A DNA stretch of 63,284 nucleotides, counting the filler, from Lenisia limosa (lineage: Eukaryota > Protista > Breviatea), in the NCBI GenBank assembly GCA_001655205.1. It is 8 parts of 8 records of this genome, joined end to end, with 100 filler letters (N's around TTAATTAATTAA, not from the genome) between each part and the next. Parts side by side here need not be neighbours in the genome. Positions count along the whole stretch, not along the records: positions 12,048 to 21,902 come from LPNZ01009352.1; positions 22,003 to 27,868 come from LPNZ01007574.1; 6 more parts are not named here. One strand, written 5' to 3'. Both the position numbers and the translations under genes were made by a program. The notes under the pieces are model-generated. The model made no database searches. It was not told the origin of the DNA and was given only the letters and a program-made list of their open reading frames with translations. Positions 12,201-25,754 of the stretch are shown piece after piece. Each line of letters begins with the position of its first letter. The first letter of the stretch is position 1.

Positions 12201-15200
12201 TTTGATCCTGGTCAACTCTTTTGTTCTCTCTTCCCAGACAACCATCCTCTGCGGTATGTTGGGTGGTTTCAGTAACAGTTGGGAAGGAGAAGGGGGTATA
12301 GGATGAGAGTGAACAACAATGGAAACAACAGCTTTAAACAACTTTATTCCTTCATTCTCATTGATAGAAATAAGTCCTAGAAAATCTCATGAAATCCAGT
12401 GCCAAGCTTTTTGATTCCTTCAAGAAGGATGTCTGGAGTAGGTTGAATTTTTCTATATTGTGTGAAGCATCTCTTACTTCTAACCCCCTTTAGCTCCTAA
12501 AACAGACAAATCTGTCCATGAAATGCGTGAAGCGGTTTGCCTTTTGTCTTTTCCCAGTGCTGTTTCTATTTTTCTGGTCCCATTCCGACCCTCCAGGTTG
12601 TCGCCCGTTTAGTTGACTTCGTGAAGACTATGGGAAATGAGTGGAGCCTTGACCTCATTAATACGTTAGAGGCAGATAATTATTTCCAATATTTTGCGTT
12701 GCTTGAGACACTAATTCTGTAGAGACCCCTTGAAATTAGTTGCCGCAACTGAGTGTCTCTGTCTGATGGATTACACAACATGTGTCAAGTATGGGGTTAA
12801 AGGAAATGAATTGATTTCCCCTTGGTCCGAAAAAGATCAGTTACTTTTTGAAATCAGTTACTATCCTCAGGTCAGGAGTTCAGTTCACTCTTTATGGCGC
12901 ATCTCTTTTGCTGATTGGAACTGACAGACACAAAAAGGACGCTGATAATGCTGGAAGCCTCAAAACCCTGGTATGGCAGGGTATTTTTGACCAAGGCACA
13001 GCCACCTATTGACAGTTTGATAAGTCTTAAATTTTGTAGGGCCTCTTTGCAATGACAGAGTTGGGGCATGGATCGAATGTTCGTGGTATTGAGACAACTG
13101 CTGACTATGACAAGAGAACACAGGTGAGGGGTGATTTGTTTGCATAATAAAATCTATCACATTACGTAATGGGTTCTTTCACCCTTAAGACTTGGAACTT
13201 ATTACCCAGGAATTCATCATCAATACCCCAACTGAAACGGCACAGAAGTACTGGTGAGAAATGGGCAGATGATATATCTCCTCCACTTGTTCACTGACTT
13301 TTTCTAGGCTTGGAAATGGTGCATGTGAGTGGCGTCTGGACACATCAAAGAGAGACTGAGGAAGGAATATTCATCTTGTCCATGCTATTGCTTGTCCCAT
13401 GCTATTGCTTTTATAGAATAACAGTAATATAAGTTCATCGATTGATAGGCCATGGAGAATTTGGCGTTATCTTTGCCCAGTTATTCATCAATGGCAACAA
13501 TGAGGGTGTTCATGTCTTCCATGTCAGAATCAGAAACAAGGATAGAAGCCCTGCTAAAGGTTGGAGGGGGAAAGTTGGATGTTTTTCTTTGATACCATAA
13601 TATTTTAGGTGTATTGACCGCTGACTGTGGAGAGAAAATGGGTCTGAACGGCGTTGACAATGGGCGCATTTGGTTGGAAGTTACGTTTTAGGAATTCAAA
13701 CATAGCCCAAGTGTATTAAATAAAATCTCGATTTCAACAGGATATTAACAACAAATGTTAGAAGTGGTGTGCCAATTACATTCTAATAACCCAGGTTTGA
13801 CAAAGTTCGAATCCCTCGTGAAAATTTGTTGAACAGGTGGGTGGTCACAAAACGACGCAAATTTCGGCCTTCCTGCATTTGTTCTCACTCTTCAGATTTG
13901 CTGACGTCACACCCTCTGGAGAGTACGTGTCCAGTATCAAAAGCCCGGCTAAGCGCTTTGCTGCCACCATCTGTGGGTTTTGAGACTGACCGTCTTGATT
14001 CACATTCAAATGAGGGACTATGATTACAAATTTCTTCAGTCGTTTTATGGTTCCTTTATTTCACACTCCTTTCTCACAAATAACATTTGACCCAAGTAAT
14101 AATCCACCAAGCCGCCCTAGTTACTGGAAGAGTCGTCATTGGGTCTGCAGCCAACCAACTCTCAATGGCTGGACTAGCAATCGCTCTCAACTACACCTCG
14201 AAAAGAAAGTACGCAATTCTGTTTATTCTACAGGAGGGGGGGGGGGGNNNNNNNNNNNNNNNNNNNNNNNNNNNNNNNNNNNNNNNNNNNNNNNNNNNNN
14301 NNNNNNNNNNNNNNNNNNNNNNNNNNNNNNNNNNNNNNNNNNNNNNNNAAATTAACGATTGTAGGCAGTTCGGGCCAAACGGGAATGAGAAAAGTGTTCT
14401 CACGTACCCCAGTCTCCAGGTCCAGGTGAGGTGTTACCTTTTATTCATATTTTGTCTTCACGTCCTTTACATTGTTCACTTGTTAGATTGCGCCACGTAT
14501 CGCAACCACCGTGGTTATACGGTTCCTCATTGGGTACACCAAGGTTGGGGTTGATGAGATCTAGTCACAATAACAAATAAATGGTTTGGAAAAAGACTAG
14601 GTGCTTTTTTGGGACCAAAGGGAAGCTTTACGATACAAGGAACAAGCTCAATTTGGTGTTACAATTCAGGGTAAATACGCAGCCAGAACTGCGACCACTG
14701 CACATGAAGTTCATATCATTGCATCAGGTAGAGTTTGTGTTGCGTGTAAGAATCCATTGACATGTCGTCGTCATGACTATCTAGGTATGAAGGCGCTTTC
14801 TACTTCTGAGAAGGTGACCACTTTACAAATTTGCCGCGAGTATTTGGGCTTTAGTCATCCAGGGCGGAAAATTGGTTCAGCCTTACATCATATTGGACTA
14901 TTGTCAAATCTTAGTCTCAACTCCGATTTATCTATTAGGGCTTGTGGTGGCCAAGGCTTCAGCTCATACAACAGAATCGGTGAGGTCAGACTTATATTCG
15001 CGCAATTAATTTGAGGAATGAGGAATAGAAAATTTTCACACTACGAAATACCTCTCAAAAATGACACATAATTAGGCCCAATGAGAACGGACAGTGACAC
15101 TGACGTCACTTTTGAAGGGGTCAATGTCGTGCTTTACCAGCAAGTAAGGAACAGACAATATCACTTCGTTTGTAAAGCCATGTTTCTAATATTTGACGGT

Positions 15201-16282
15201 ACTATTTTTGGCGAAGCTCAATTGTCTGTAGGTTAGTCAAGCACTTCTCAAAAAAGGAGTGCCACAAGGATTCAAGGCAAAGGAGGCGTAAGTGGTTGTG
15301 ATAAAATGATTGTAATGGAAAAGATGAAATGAATAATTCATACTGATAGGTGATTTGATTGGTTGAACCTTGTGGTTTGATGTTAACAATTCAGTGTCTC
15401 TCTTCCACAGTTCCGGCACCTTTNNNNNNNNNNNNNNNNNNNNNNNNNNNNNNNNNNNNNNNNNNNNNNNNNNNNNNNNNNNNNNNNNNNNNNNNNNNNN
15501 NNNNNNNNNNNAACGTTCTTGTCACCGATCTGAAAGTATCATTTTGGAACACATTTCATCATTTTACGTTCCCCAGGAAGACACGAAGCAACACAGCACG
15601 CCAACAATGTTCGGCAACAGTGATCGTGGCGTTGAGGCTGCTGTCCTCTGGATGAATGCCCTGGGTTCCTCTTTCACCGCACAATACACTGCCGTGGGTT
15701 GGCGGCTGTAACTTCGAATGAAAGTACCGAATTTGACTAAAGCTAGAATGTCTCCCGCAGCAAACCAGAACTTGCAGCCCTCTTGTCCACTTTACTGGTT
15801 CTCCACGCTGCCCAAGTCTGCTCTCTTTCAATCCTCCTGTGTTGACATTTCAGGTTATTCTTGACAATGCACACATTGCGAGCGTCACCGTGAGCCCTAA
15901 AATCCTTGAAGAAGCCAGGGGTGAGTTATCCTGGAGTTGTAACAGAATATAATCATTGAAAGTATAATCCCCCCTCCCCAACTATCGAGTTGATTGGGCT
16001 AATTTACCANNNNNNNNNNNNNNNNNNNNNNNNNNNNNNNNNNNNNNNNNNNNNNNNNNNNNNNNNNNNNNNNNNNNNNNNNNNGAGAAGATCGCTCAAG
16101 GTTTCGGCATCCCAATGCACGTGGTAGGAGGGGTATGAAGGTAGAAAGCACACTGGCGGAAGAAGGCAACTCTTAAAGAAACAAGACTTAATCACTTGCA
16201 GCTTTCAGCCTCCATTGCCAAGGATGACATCTATGAAGACTTCACTAAAGCCAATGCCGGTATGTTCAACATCCACAACTAA
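12201..16282 (+). CDS. ACOX: Acyl-CoA oxidase (ACOX3/plant ACX-like)
   Basis: Exons encode [24 protein letters not shown] (13039-13123), [16 protein letters not shown]|[42 protein letters not shown], catalytic [13 protein letters not shown] and IAQGFGIP. Probable stop TAA 16280-16282. Confidence 0.95.
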
Positions 16283-16428
16283 ATAAATTGTACTACGTTT
16301 TTATTTTATGTATATCATATTATGTATATTTGCACCATCCCAAGTTCCCATGACTATTTTGTGATAAAAATTGGTGTCACAAAGGACCAATGGAGAAATG
16401 AAGCCAAAGTTAAATAACTAAGAAAGAA

Positions 16429-18241
16429 TTACATTAGACCCTTACCAACACAAGAAATACAATGTTTGACCANNNNNNNNNNNNNNNNNNNNNNNNNNNN
16501 NNNNNNNNNNNNNNNNNNNNNNNNNNNNNNNNNNNNNNNNNNNNNNNNNNNNNNNNNNNNNNNNNNNNNNNNNNNNNNNNNNNGATATATCATATCATAT
16601 GTAACACCAAAAATATATGATATATCATATCATATGTAACACCAGAAAAAGTTCAGTTGCATTATATACAAATAACAGGAATGACAAAGTTGTGAAAGGA
16701 CAAAGAGACCACCTCCCACTATTTTGTTTTTTGCTTGTCTTATAGAACGCTTTACTTTGTCGTGAAAGGTCGTCAGATTTTTCCACCAAGGAGTCCAGCT
16801 TTTGTCCCCTCTCTAACACACTCTCAATAGTTTCATGCTACAGAGTATCAGTGTTGACAAGAGCAAGTGGTTCAGCTTCAAAAATGAGACCACCACAAAC
16901 CAGGATAATTTTGGTGTCGTCAAGCTCCTTCTGCATTTTGCTGAGGTTGTCAGCCTCTTCAGGTTTCTGGTACTGTTTGATCCACTCATCAAGCTCGGGG
17001 AAAGGCATCTAGGTGGGTTAAGTGAGATCTCATCTGTTCTTTATCTTTGTATACGTATATAAACCAAGTGTACTTCTACGAGGTTATACGACACATCAAC
17101 TCTTTTAGATGAACAATTTGGGAAGACAGGGAATAGCTAAACATTATCGGTAAAAAAAATAAATATAAATCTGGGGAGACAAAACCTGTCAAGGCCTTTT
17201 CCTCCAACCAAAGCTATCAGGTTTTTTAATTACCATAATATTATTAGAATTGTGAATTACGAAGCCTTCAAGGAAGAGCTCTCAGATCGAATGATTTTTC
17301 GAATGAGGTACCATTTATTTCGAGGGTACTCTCTGTAAAGTCTATTACCTTTGTTATCTTCTGGAATAGATAAAAATACTGTTTTCAGTGTTGTAAGATC
17401 ATTTGAGTGCTTTCAATGAACGACCGTATTACCTTAGTTATTCAATGTATTAAGTTTAAAAATATGTTATATTTTTAAAACCTTCCGAAGCTTGGGCAAG
17501 AGGATATCAGGGGGTTTCCCCGTATATACCTCTTCATGTCAAATCCATTCTTGAAAAAATAAATTCAGAGGCAAGTCCACAGAGTTTTCCCAACATACCT
17601 CTTTCAGAGTCTTAGGAGGTTCCGAAGCCCAGATTCCCTGGTATTGAGCCTTGAAGGCATCACAAGCCTGATATGGTCAGTCAATATATCCCAGAAAAAC
17701 AATATTGGAATAATAAAACCAGAAACATAATCACTTAAAATAAAACTAAAAGGGAATAGGGCTGAGAATAAGAAGAAAGATTGATCACATGTGCTTTCTG
17801 AATTCAGAAAAAAGCATTCTCTTGCTTGACCAAATATTATGTTTTCTTCTGCAAACCTTGGTGAGAAGAGAAAAGGCGACGCGCGAATCATACTCGTGGT
17901 CACATACAACAACGCCAACACAGTTATCCATACGAGCATGGACGTGAACCTTATAATCTAAGCTGTTAGTGGGGCTGTATCGGGTGTCCCTACCATCATG
18001 GGTGACACTCTGTCTTGCTCCAGGGTTGGTGCGAAGGGCAACCGTACGTGAGACAAACACAGTCCATTCTTTTACTCTGCATAAAAAAAAATAAGAATTT
18101 GCGATAAGGATGAAAAGGAGCTCACGTAGAGCGCTGGAAAAAACCAAAAGATGATAGGTCGAAAGCCTTCGCGAGATCATGGGCTTCGGCGCTATCACCG
18201 CTTCCCTTGCGATAGAATAACTGAATTGACACAACTTTCAT
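16429..18241 (-). CDS. YKT6: Longin R-SNARE Ykt6
   Basis: [13 protein letters not shown]...[16 protein letters not shown]|[16 protein letters not shown]...[16 protein letters not shown] and SNARE helix [32 protein letters not shown]. The extreme C-terminus is uncertain because of a gap. Confidence 0.93.
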
Positions 18242-18419
18242 TCTGATTCGTTTGATATTTTTTTTGTTCCAACATTTATTGACACTGGTTCAATACTTTA
18301 TATCACCTTTTACTGGAGAAATTAGACCTAATTGGACCTCTTGCCAAAAAGCTGCAGGTCAGTGTAAGGTATTGAACATCTGAGTGGAAGGTTTAAGCGT
18401 CAAATTTAATTAGTGAAAG

Positions 18420-21014
18420 ATGGCTCTCTCTGGGAAAGGTCTGCTGAAATGGGGTCAACTTACTGTTATTAGTCATCTTCTTTGGAATTAGGGGTTGAGG
18501 ACTTATTTCATTTCTTGCAATATTCTTTGTTTTACCCTATTGTCTCTCCTAGTGGCCTACTGGCCGCTATTTCTCTTGTTTTAAGCAAAATATTTTAAAT
18601 TTTGCGAGTTTTGCGAATAACTCGTCTTAGGTGATTCTCGCTGGATTGTTAGTGAAAGAACAGACGGCACCAATGTGAATGCCTGGCATTGGACGGAAAA
18701 GGATGTGTTTACATGGTAGGGTAATGAACTAAAACGGTGCTAGAGATTCTAAAAGGCAGCCTGAATTCCTTGACTCGCCCATTTTTATTGTTTGAATTGC
18801 GCATGCACCCTTTCCTGTTCGGCTCCAGGGTCTACAAAGGCAATATCAAGCTTTTGCCTCATTTTATCTACCGTTTTTCTTTTAATGATGAAGTTCTTGA
18901 ATCTGACATTACAGGGTGAAGGACAATTCTCCACGCCTCAAGGGCCTGGTTCTCTTCAAAGATGAAGAAAAAGATACCGTATGTAAAACAAAGCCAGTTG
19001 CTCTCACCATATTATCTCTCAAAACCAAATAGTATTTGAGTGTATCCGCTTTTTGCCATGACAGTCCAGGAATGCGTGGTCAAGAAGATTACCGAATGCT
19101 CGGGGGAGGCCACGGCCTGCAACCGCAAGGGCAAGGTCAAGTGCTGGTTCGACTTTAAGTTGAAGGTCTGTTCCCCGCTGACTTGAGCTAATTGTTTGTT
19201 ACAAAGGGTGTCCAAAGAAAATTCAATATTTTACGAATCTTTTCGAATCGCAGGAAGCCTTACCTTACCCTTTCAGTTGAAGTTTGAGTGCCCTCTCAAA
19301 AATGAGGAAGGTGAGATCACGACGGTCCATGGCCACATTCTTTTCAGTGAAATCTGTGATGATGTCAAGAATGCTAAATACGATGTGGGTGAATGGCCTA
19401 CTTTACCTAGATTTATGCTCCAGTGTTTTATGATCCGATAATGAGTTTCATTTTGACCATTAAGGCTAAAATCACAACCGAAAGTAACAACGAGGACAAC
19501 AAATGGGTCAAGTCAAAGGTCATTGAAAACAAATCTATTGGTGAGTTACAGGGAAGGAGGGGAAGAGTGGTTCAGCATTATCAGGTTTAATTTGCATTCA
19601 AATGTATAATTATTGGTCGTTTTAATAAATCAGTGGACTTGACTGCAAAAAATAGTCCCCTCCCCCCTCTCCTTATGATTGTCATTGCCTTTTGTTTTTT
19701 GTTTGGAGTCTTCAATTAGTNNNNNNNNNNNNNNNNNNNNNNNNNNNNNNNNNNNNNNNNNNNNNNNNNNNNNNNNNNNNNNNNNNNNNNNNNNNNNNNN
19801 NNNNNNNNNNNNNNNNNNNNNNNNNNNNNNNNNNNNTAAACTCTTGATTTAAATCGCCATCATAATTTTGTTAAATAACCCAATATTATATAAGATTACC
19901 AGGTACGAGACTATCATTTATTTCAATTATGTGTATTCTTAGTGCAATACATTCTTTTCACGTCCCGTTCCCTTCCCGTCTTTTACTAAAAGCTCAGCCT
20001 TCCGCCTCCCCCNNNNNNNNNNNNNNNNNNNNNNNNNNNNNNNNNNNNNNNNNNNNNNNNNNNNNNNNNNNNNNNNNNNNNNNNNNNNNNNNNNNNNNNN
20101 NNNNNNNNNNNNNNNNNNNNNNNNNNCTCCAGCAACTGTTGAGAAGAAGAAGAAGCCCTTCAAGGTTGGAACTCAAGTTCACACTTAGACTAAATACCGA
20201 ATTTAACCATCGCTGATGACTGAGAGTTAAGAAGCATACCAGTACCGTGTTTAATTACACCCCAGACAGTCCGCAGTAAAGTCCACTTCACCAACAACTC
20301 CTGTACCGAACTCTACCTCGCACTCACCGATGCTTCTAAGGTGTCAGCATTCACACAATCAGCGGTTGGGGGAGAGGCATTTGTTGACTCTAACATCACA
20401 CTTTTCCTTTAGTCACTGCATCGTTGTGTTTAAAAGAGTGGTGTATTTGTGTTGTAACTTCTCATGGTATTGGTATCTTCGGCCTTTTATTTTGTTTCGC
20501 GTTTCTGATTGTCACCCTCAAGGCGAAGTTCCCTGTTGAGGCTGGAGAGGATGCTGAGTTCTCTTTCATGGATGGTGCGGTGTTCGGTAATGTTTCCAAG
20601 CTTGAGGTACGCTGGAATGTGATGATATTTTGGATACGGAAATAGTTTTGACTTCATTTTATTTATTGGTCTAACTGCGTAGTCGCACAAGAAAATCGAA
20701 ATGAAGTGGCAGTCGAAGGAATGGGGAGTGGCAGCGAAGCCGTCCAACGTCGTCATCAGCATTGAGGAGAAGGACAAGGGGTGCTGCATCTCAGTTGTTC
20801 AGAGGGTATGTGGGTGAAAAGAAATGTGCCTCTTATTCTTTTTGCGACAGCCTGTGAATAATTATCAGGAGATTAACACCTGATACAAGATGCCATATGT
20901 TCATTTCTTTAGGAAGTTCCTCGTGAATGGTATGACAAAACTAAGGCTGGGTGGGATCAGCTCTACTGGTCAAGGATAAAAATGGTCTTCGGCTACACTT
21001 ATAGCACTCTTTAG
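18420..21014 (+). CDS. AHA1: Activator of Hsp90 ATPase Aha1
   Basis: MALSGK|GDSRWIVSERTDGTNVNAWHWTEKD, ATACNRKGK, and a C-terminal AHSA1 domain ending GWDQLYWSRIKMVFGYTYSTL* (TAG 21012-21014). Confidence 0.95.
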
Positions 21015-21197
21015 GTTTCTCTTTCTTTTTCTTATACGATACATATTCTGATATGTTCAGCTGTCAGTGTTCCTCAGAAAGAACAGAATAAATAACTAGT
21101 ACATGGTCAACAAGCTACCTGAAAGAAATACGGGAACAATTATTCAGACATATTCTTGAAAAAACCAATCCTTACGTGACACGTGATGGTTGTTCAC

Positions 21198-24100
21198 TCA
21201 GACCGCCATCGACACTACAACTGCTCGTTTGGGTTTTGATGCACCCAGTTTACCTCGCCTACAGTATAATAAGAGGGGGAAAACACAGAAGCCTATAGAG
21301 CTTCCACTTACGTGTTTTTGAGAGTTTGAGAATTGAACGTCTTCGTCTGAAGGGTAAGAGGGTTGATCTTTAGGTTAACACATTGTGGATGTGGTCCAAT
21401 TTTAATCCAAGCAAACAGCTGAGGGAGCTCGACTTGGCGCATTTGAGGTCATACCGGTCAGTCCATCCAGCGGGAGCGGAGGAACCACCACGTCATCACA
21501 CTCAGAATCACTATCAGAATCTGGCCGTCGCGTCCGAGTGCTATACACAAACTTTGTGCGCCGAATTTCCGCAGCTTCTGATGAGAGGTCATGGAGAAGG
21601 TCATAATCTTGGCTGTCCTTGCGAACGTCTTTTTTGGGTCGAGGGGCCGTAGCCTCCCTTGAGGGTCAGAAGGTATTTTTTTTAAAGAAGAATGTGTTAT
21701 TTTTGAGCCAGCTGTGCAAAGGTACTGTGATATCATAATCTAATAATGTATACATATCATATGATACTTCATGTAAATTTCCTATCTATCAAAATATTAT
21801 TACACTAGAATATACGCGGACTAACAAAAAATAGAAGAAATACAAAAAAAAAATATATATATAATGTACTCAGATATACTACTGTGATGGTTACACCTGA
21901 CCNNNNNNNNNNNNNNNNNNNNNNNNNNNNNNNNNNNNNNNNNNNNTTAATTAATTAANNNNNNNNNNNNNNNNNNNNNNNNNNNNNNNNNNNNNNNNNN
22001 NNAACACACAAAACAAGCAAAGCCCAGGGGAGCTAAATGTCAAAAAACAAAAAAAAACGATACAACGTAATTTGACGTATCTTTTGAGACATACGCATTG
22101 AATTAGACAAAAAAACGAGCTGTTCTGTTTAAAACCCTCCCATATCTTTAGAAATACAAGTAGAAAGATGAGAATATCGGAGAAACAAAGTATTTCTTTT
22201 CAGTTGAGAATAGATACACAATAGTTACCATTTGTTGCATTTGAGGGGGATTTTCTCTTTGCATTTGAGGGGGCATTTTTCTCATTTGCATAAGAGGGGG
22301 ATTCTGTCCTTGAGGTGTAGCACCAGGCTGAGCAATAATGAAGGTTGCCATCAAAGTGATGTATGTGGTGTTTTATTACAGCTTAGAAAGGTTGTTTTGG
22401 AAAAAAACAATGATTTTGATCCAAAGCGTCTTGTTATCATATGAACATACGATATGTTGGGCTTTACTTTGGTTCGCAAAAGACTGAATTTCTCGATAAT
22501 TCCTCCATACCTATCGATATTTTCCCGAACCGAAGTGAAGCCTTAATGATATGATATACGATATATGAATGATATTGAACACTGAGATGAACAAAGCGAC
22601 ACCCTTCATCACGTATCTTCACTTGCAGAAACAGTGACCAGGATAGTCTTGACCGATTTACCATGATTTTCCATGGAAAATCGGTCAAGACTTATCCCAG
22701 TGTGCATAGATATGGATGAAAAAACTACTACCCCCTTTAAGTGCGCTATTGTCTATTATATGCACAGATATGCATTGTATACACATGACAGCAATGACGT
22801 AAACAGTATGTCCCCTTTATCACGTGCTAAGACTGCCCTCCCACCATATTCGGAGGGCCTGATGAGCGCGGGCCGGGACCAGGCTGGATAAATGAGCTCA
22901 AAAAAAAAAAAATAACAATTAAAAAAAAAANNNNNNNNNNNNNNNNNNNNNNNNNNNNNNNNNNNNNNNNNNNNNNNNNNNNNNNNNNNNNNNNNNNNNN
23001 NNNNNNNNNNNNNNGATCCTTCTTGGCAGGAATATCAACAAAGTTGTCCATGAACTGCTTGTACTTCTCCTCCAAATGCTTGTTTGCGCGGTTGGAAAGC
23101 CGTTCTGCGGAGAGGGAGTGAAAAATGGAATATTTATAAAAAGAGACAACCCAAAATCAATTATGTTAGTAGTGGGGANNNNNNNNNNNNNNNNNNNNNN
23201 NNNNNNNNNNNNNNNNNNNNNNNNNNNNNNNNNNNNNNNNNNNNNNNNNNNNNNNNNNNNNNNNNNNNNNNNNNNNNNNNNNNNNNNNNNNNNNNNNNNN
23301 NNNNNNNNNNNNNNNNNNNNNNNNNNNNNNNNNNNNNNNNNNNNNNNNNNNNNNNNNNNNNNGAGCTTCCGATTTCTCAGCAACAAAACCGGTTGGAACG
23401 TTGGTCTGCGGCCGCGTCATCTGTTCGCCATATTGCGATAACATCTGCCTCTTGACGTCGCCCTCACGGGGCCCCTGGGCTCCTGGGCTCGAAGGAATAA
23501 CCTGCCGCGCGCTGACCGGAAAGTCGGCCCGTTCGTTTTCGTCAAGATAGTCGGGGTCTTTTTTGACTTCGCGCTGGCGTCGCAGGCGCGGATCTTCCAT
23601 CATCTGGCGTTGGCCTTGTTGGGGTCGCGGGGCACCCTGCGGATTTTGCCCCTCAATCCGTCCCGGTAGAACCTGTCTGTTTGGCATACCGGGGTTCTGC
23701 TGAAGACCAGGGTGTTGTCCCGGGTTCTGTCTTGGCATTTTGTTGGGATTCTGCTGATTTGGCGCCTGCATAACAGCTGGCGCGAAGGGGAAGAACCCAC
23801 CCTCCTGTCGCCGCGGTTTCTCGGTCTGCTGAGCCTCATCAAAAGAAGGACGGGTGGCCATGGCTGGCTGATTACGTGAGTCCGTACGCCCCGCGCGCAT
23901 TATGCCTTCAGGAATGCGGTTGTCAATTCTGAGAGGCTGACCACGCCCCGGGTTCATGTTGGGTCGTATTTGGGGGTTTTGTCGCTGCGGGCCAGGTCGG
24001 AAGCCGGGGTTTTCTCGGGGTCGCATCATCTGACAAAGTAAGGGTGGGGGGGAATGGGAAACTTATTAAACAAAAAAACCTCAAATCAACTCCATTGGCT

Positions 24101-24718
24101 AGAAACACGCGAGGGTTGAAAACAACAAAACAAACAAAGCCTATAGCAGTACGGGGCTGAGGGACAAATACTCGAGTTTCCTTCAAAATAAAAATCAAGT
24201 GACCCCCCCCCCCCNNNNNNNNNNNNNNNNNNNNNNNNNNNNNNNNNNTAAAAGAGTGATTAGAAAAGATAAACGTTAAAAAGGCTGCTATTTTTCTTCA
24301 AAAATCAGTTCAGAGGAGAAATGAGAAAAGAAAAGGGGACTGGTCGAAACTGTCATGTGTATTATCCCTCATCCATAATGATCACAAAAAAAAAGTAAAG
24401 TTATGTAACCCTTGAAATACAACCAAATGCTGAACCCTTCAGGACCAATTCCCGGTTTCTCCTGACGATCACTTCTCCATACAATTCAGTCTTTTGGCTG
24501 TAGATCGTTCACACTACTAAAAAGGTGCGAATAATATCCGCTGGTTAAGAATTGTCGCCACATTGTCTTGTAAGCGATCATACTCAATAACACCAAAAGA
24601 CTGACTTGTATTGAGAAAAAAATCGAGGGTAAAAAATGTCTTCTTTCAGTTAAATATTCTTCTGGAACTTGTACAGTTGTCTTTCCAATTCCCTACTAAA
24701 TACTACAAACAATACGGT

Positions 24719-24756
<38 letters not shown>

Positions 24757-25450
24757 TACATACATACATACATACACACGCACACGCACACACACACACA
24801 CGTTCGTAGCATTTGCTTGAGCCCTTACATTTGCATTTGCTTGAACATGGGGTTTTGACCAGGTCCTACACAATGATTACGAGGCTTCAGAAAGAGAGCA
24901 AAAGTATCGAGTGTTTTCGAGGATTTATCGAGGAAAATCCAGGATTTAGAGGATTAATTTTGGGTTGATCAAGAATTTACCAAAGATTTATGAGGGTTTT
25001 ATTAAATAAACCCATTTACTGTATGATGTCACAAAAGTTAGGTTTAAACAAAACGGGGGATTGAAAAGTGCAATGATGACACAAATCAATGAAGAAAAAC
25101 GAGAAAATGGAGAAGACTGATCAAGAAAAAAGAGAGCAAGGGATTAAAAAAAAAAACAATGGGTTTTGCACTAAGAAAATTCCCCCATTCAAAGAACATC
25201 GCTGAGGGTTACAGCAACAAGAGAAATGGGGAAGATACTCAGAGGAAGACGGCAACCGCGTTATCGAGCAATAAACTCTCAAAATAGACGACAGTTTCAT
25301 TATTAAGCCGAATAGCCGGTTGGCAGCCCTTGCCGCTGTCTTACCTTGAGACATAACTGCACCTCCCTGGGGTCGAGGCATTGGGCCGCCTGTTAAGGTT
25401 AATATCAATCATTTCACCTGCTTACACATACCTTTAGTTCCAGAAAACAT
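21198..25450 (-). CDS. Hypothetical Q/P/M/G-rich low-complexity protein, multi-exon
   Basis: ATG 25450 (MFSGTK|GGPMPRPQGG), ~220-codon exon 23363-24029 (RPGPQRQNPQIRPNM...), QNPPQMQ repeats at 22230-22330 and C-terminal exons at 21200-21660. GT-AG boundaries; no recognised domain. Confidence 0.6.
22457..22545. mobile_element. Family B hAT-type MITE
   Basis: TTGGGCTTTACTTTGG...CCGAAGTGAAGCCTTA, flanks ACGATATG / ATGATATG (8-bp TSD with 1 mismatch). Confidence 0.8.
22632..22702. mobile_element. Family A palindromic MITE
   Basis: CAGTGACCAGGATAGTCTTGACCGATTT...AAATCGGTCAAGACTTATCCCAG. Confidence 0.8.
24040..24155 (-). repeat. Family E intronic element ending ~10 nt before a 3' splice site
   Basis: Matches 51692-51816 (GAGGGTTGAAAACAACAAAACAAACAAAGCC); acceptor AG at 24030-24031 on the minus strand. 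Confidence 0.7.
24724..24801. repeat. (TA)n(CA)n(TACA)n compound microsatellite
   Basis: Directly visible. Confidence 0.9.
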
Positions 25451-25754
25451 TGAAACGAAAGGTAGCTTAGATAGCAGCGCACTGCAGGGACTTAATTCTG
25501 TTATTTAAACTCTGAAATAGTGTTTAAGAGTATTTCCCCTTATAAAAAGGCCAATAAGTTGATTTTTCTCCTAAAGAAACCTCAATAATATACCCCCCAG
25601 AAAAGACTATATAAAGTCTTATTATTTTCAGCGCTGTTTCTTTCTGCACGTCTATTCAGCTGTTAAAAACACATTTAAGAAACAAAGTACTATTTAGAAA
25701 TACCGGGGACCTAGTCAAAAAAGTCTTGCCCCGTTTATTCAAGGGTTGATCAAC

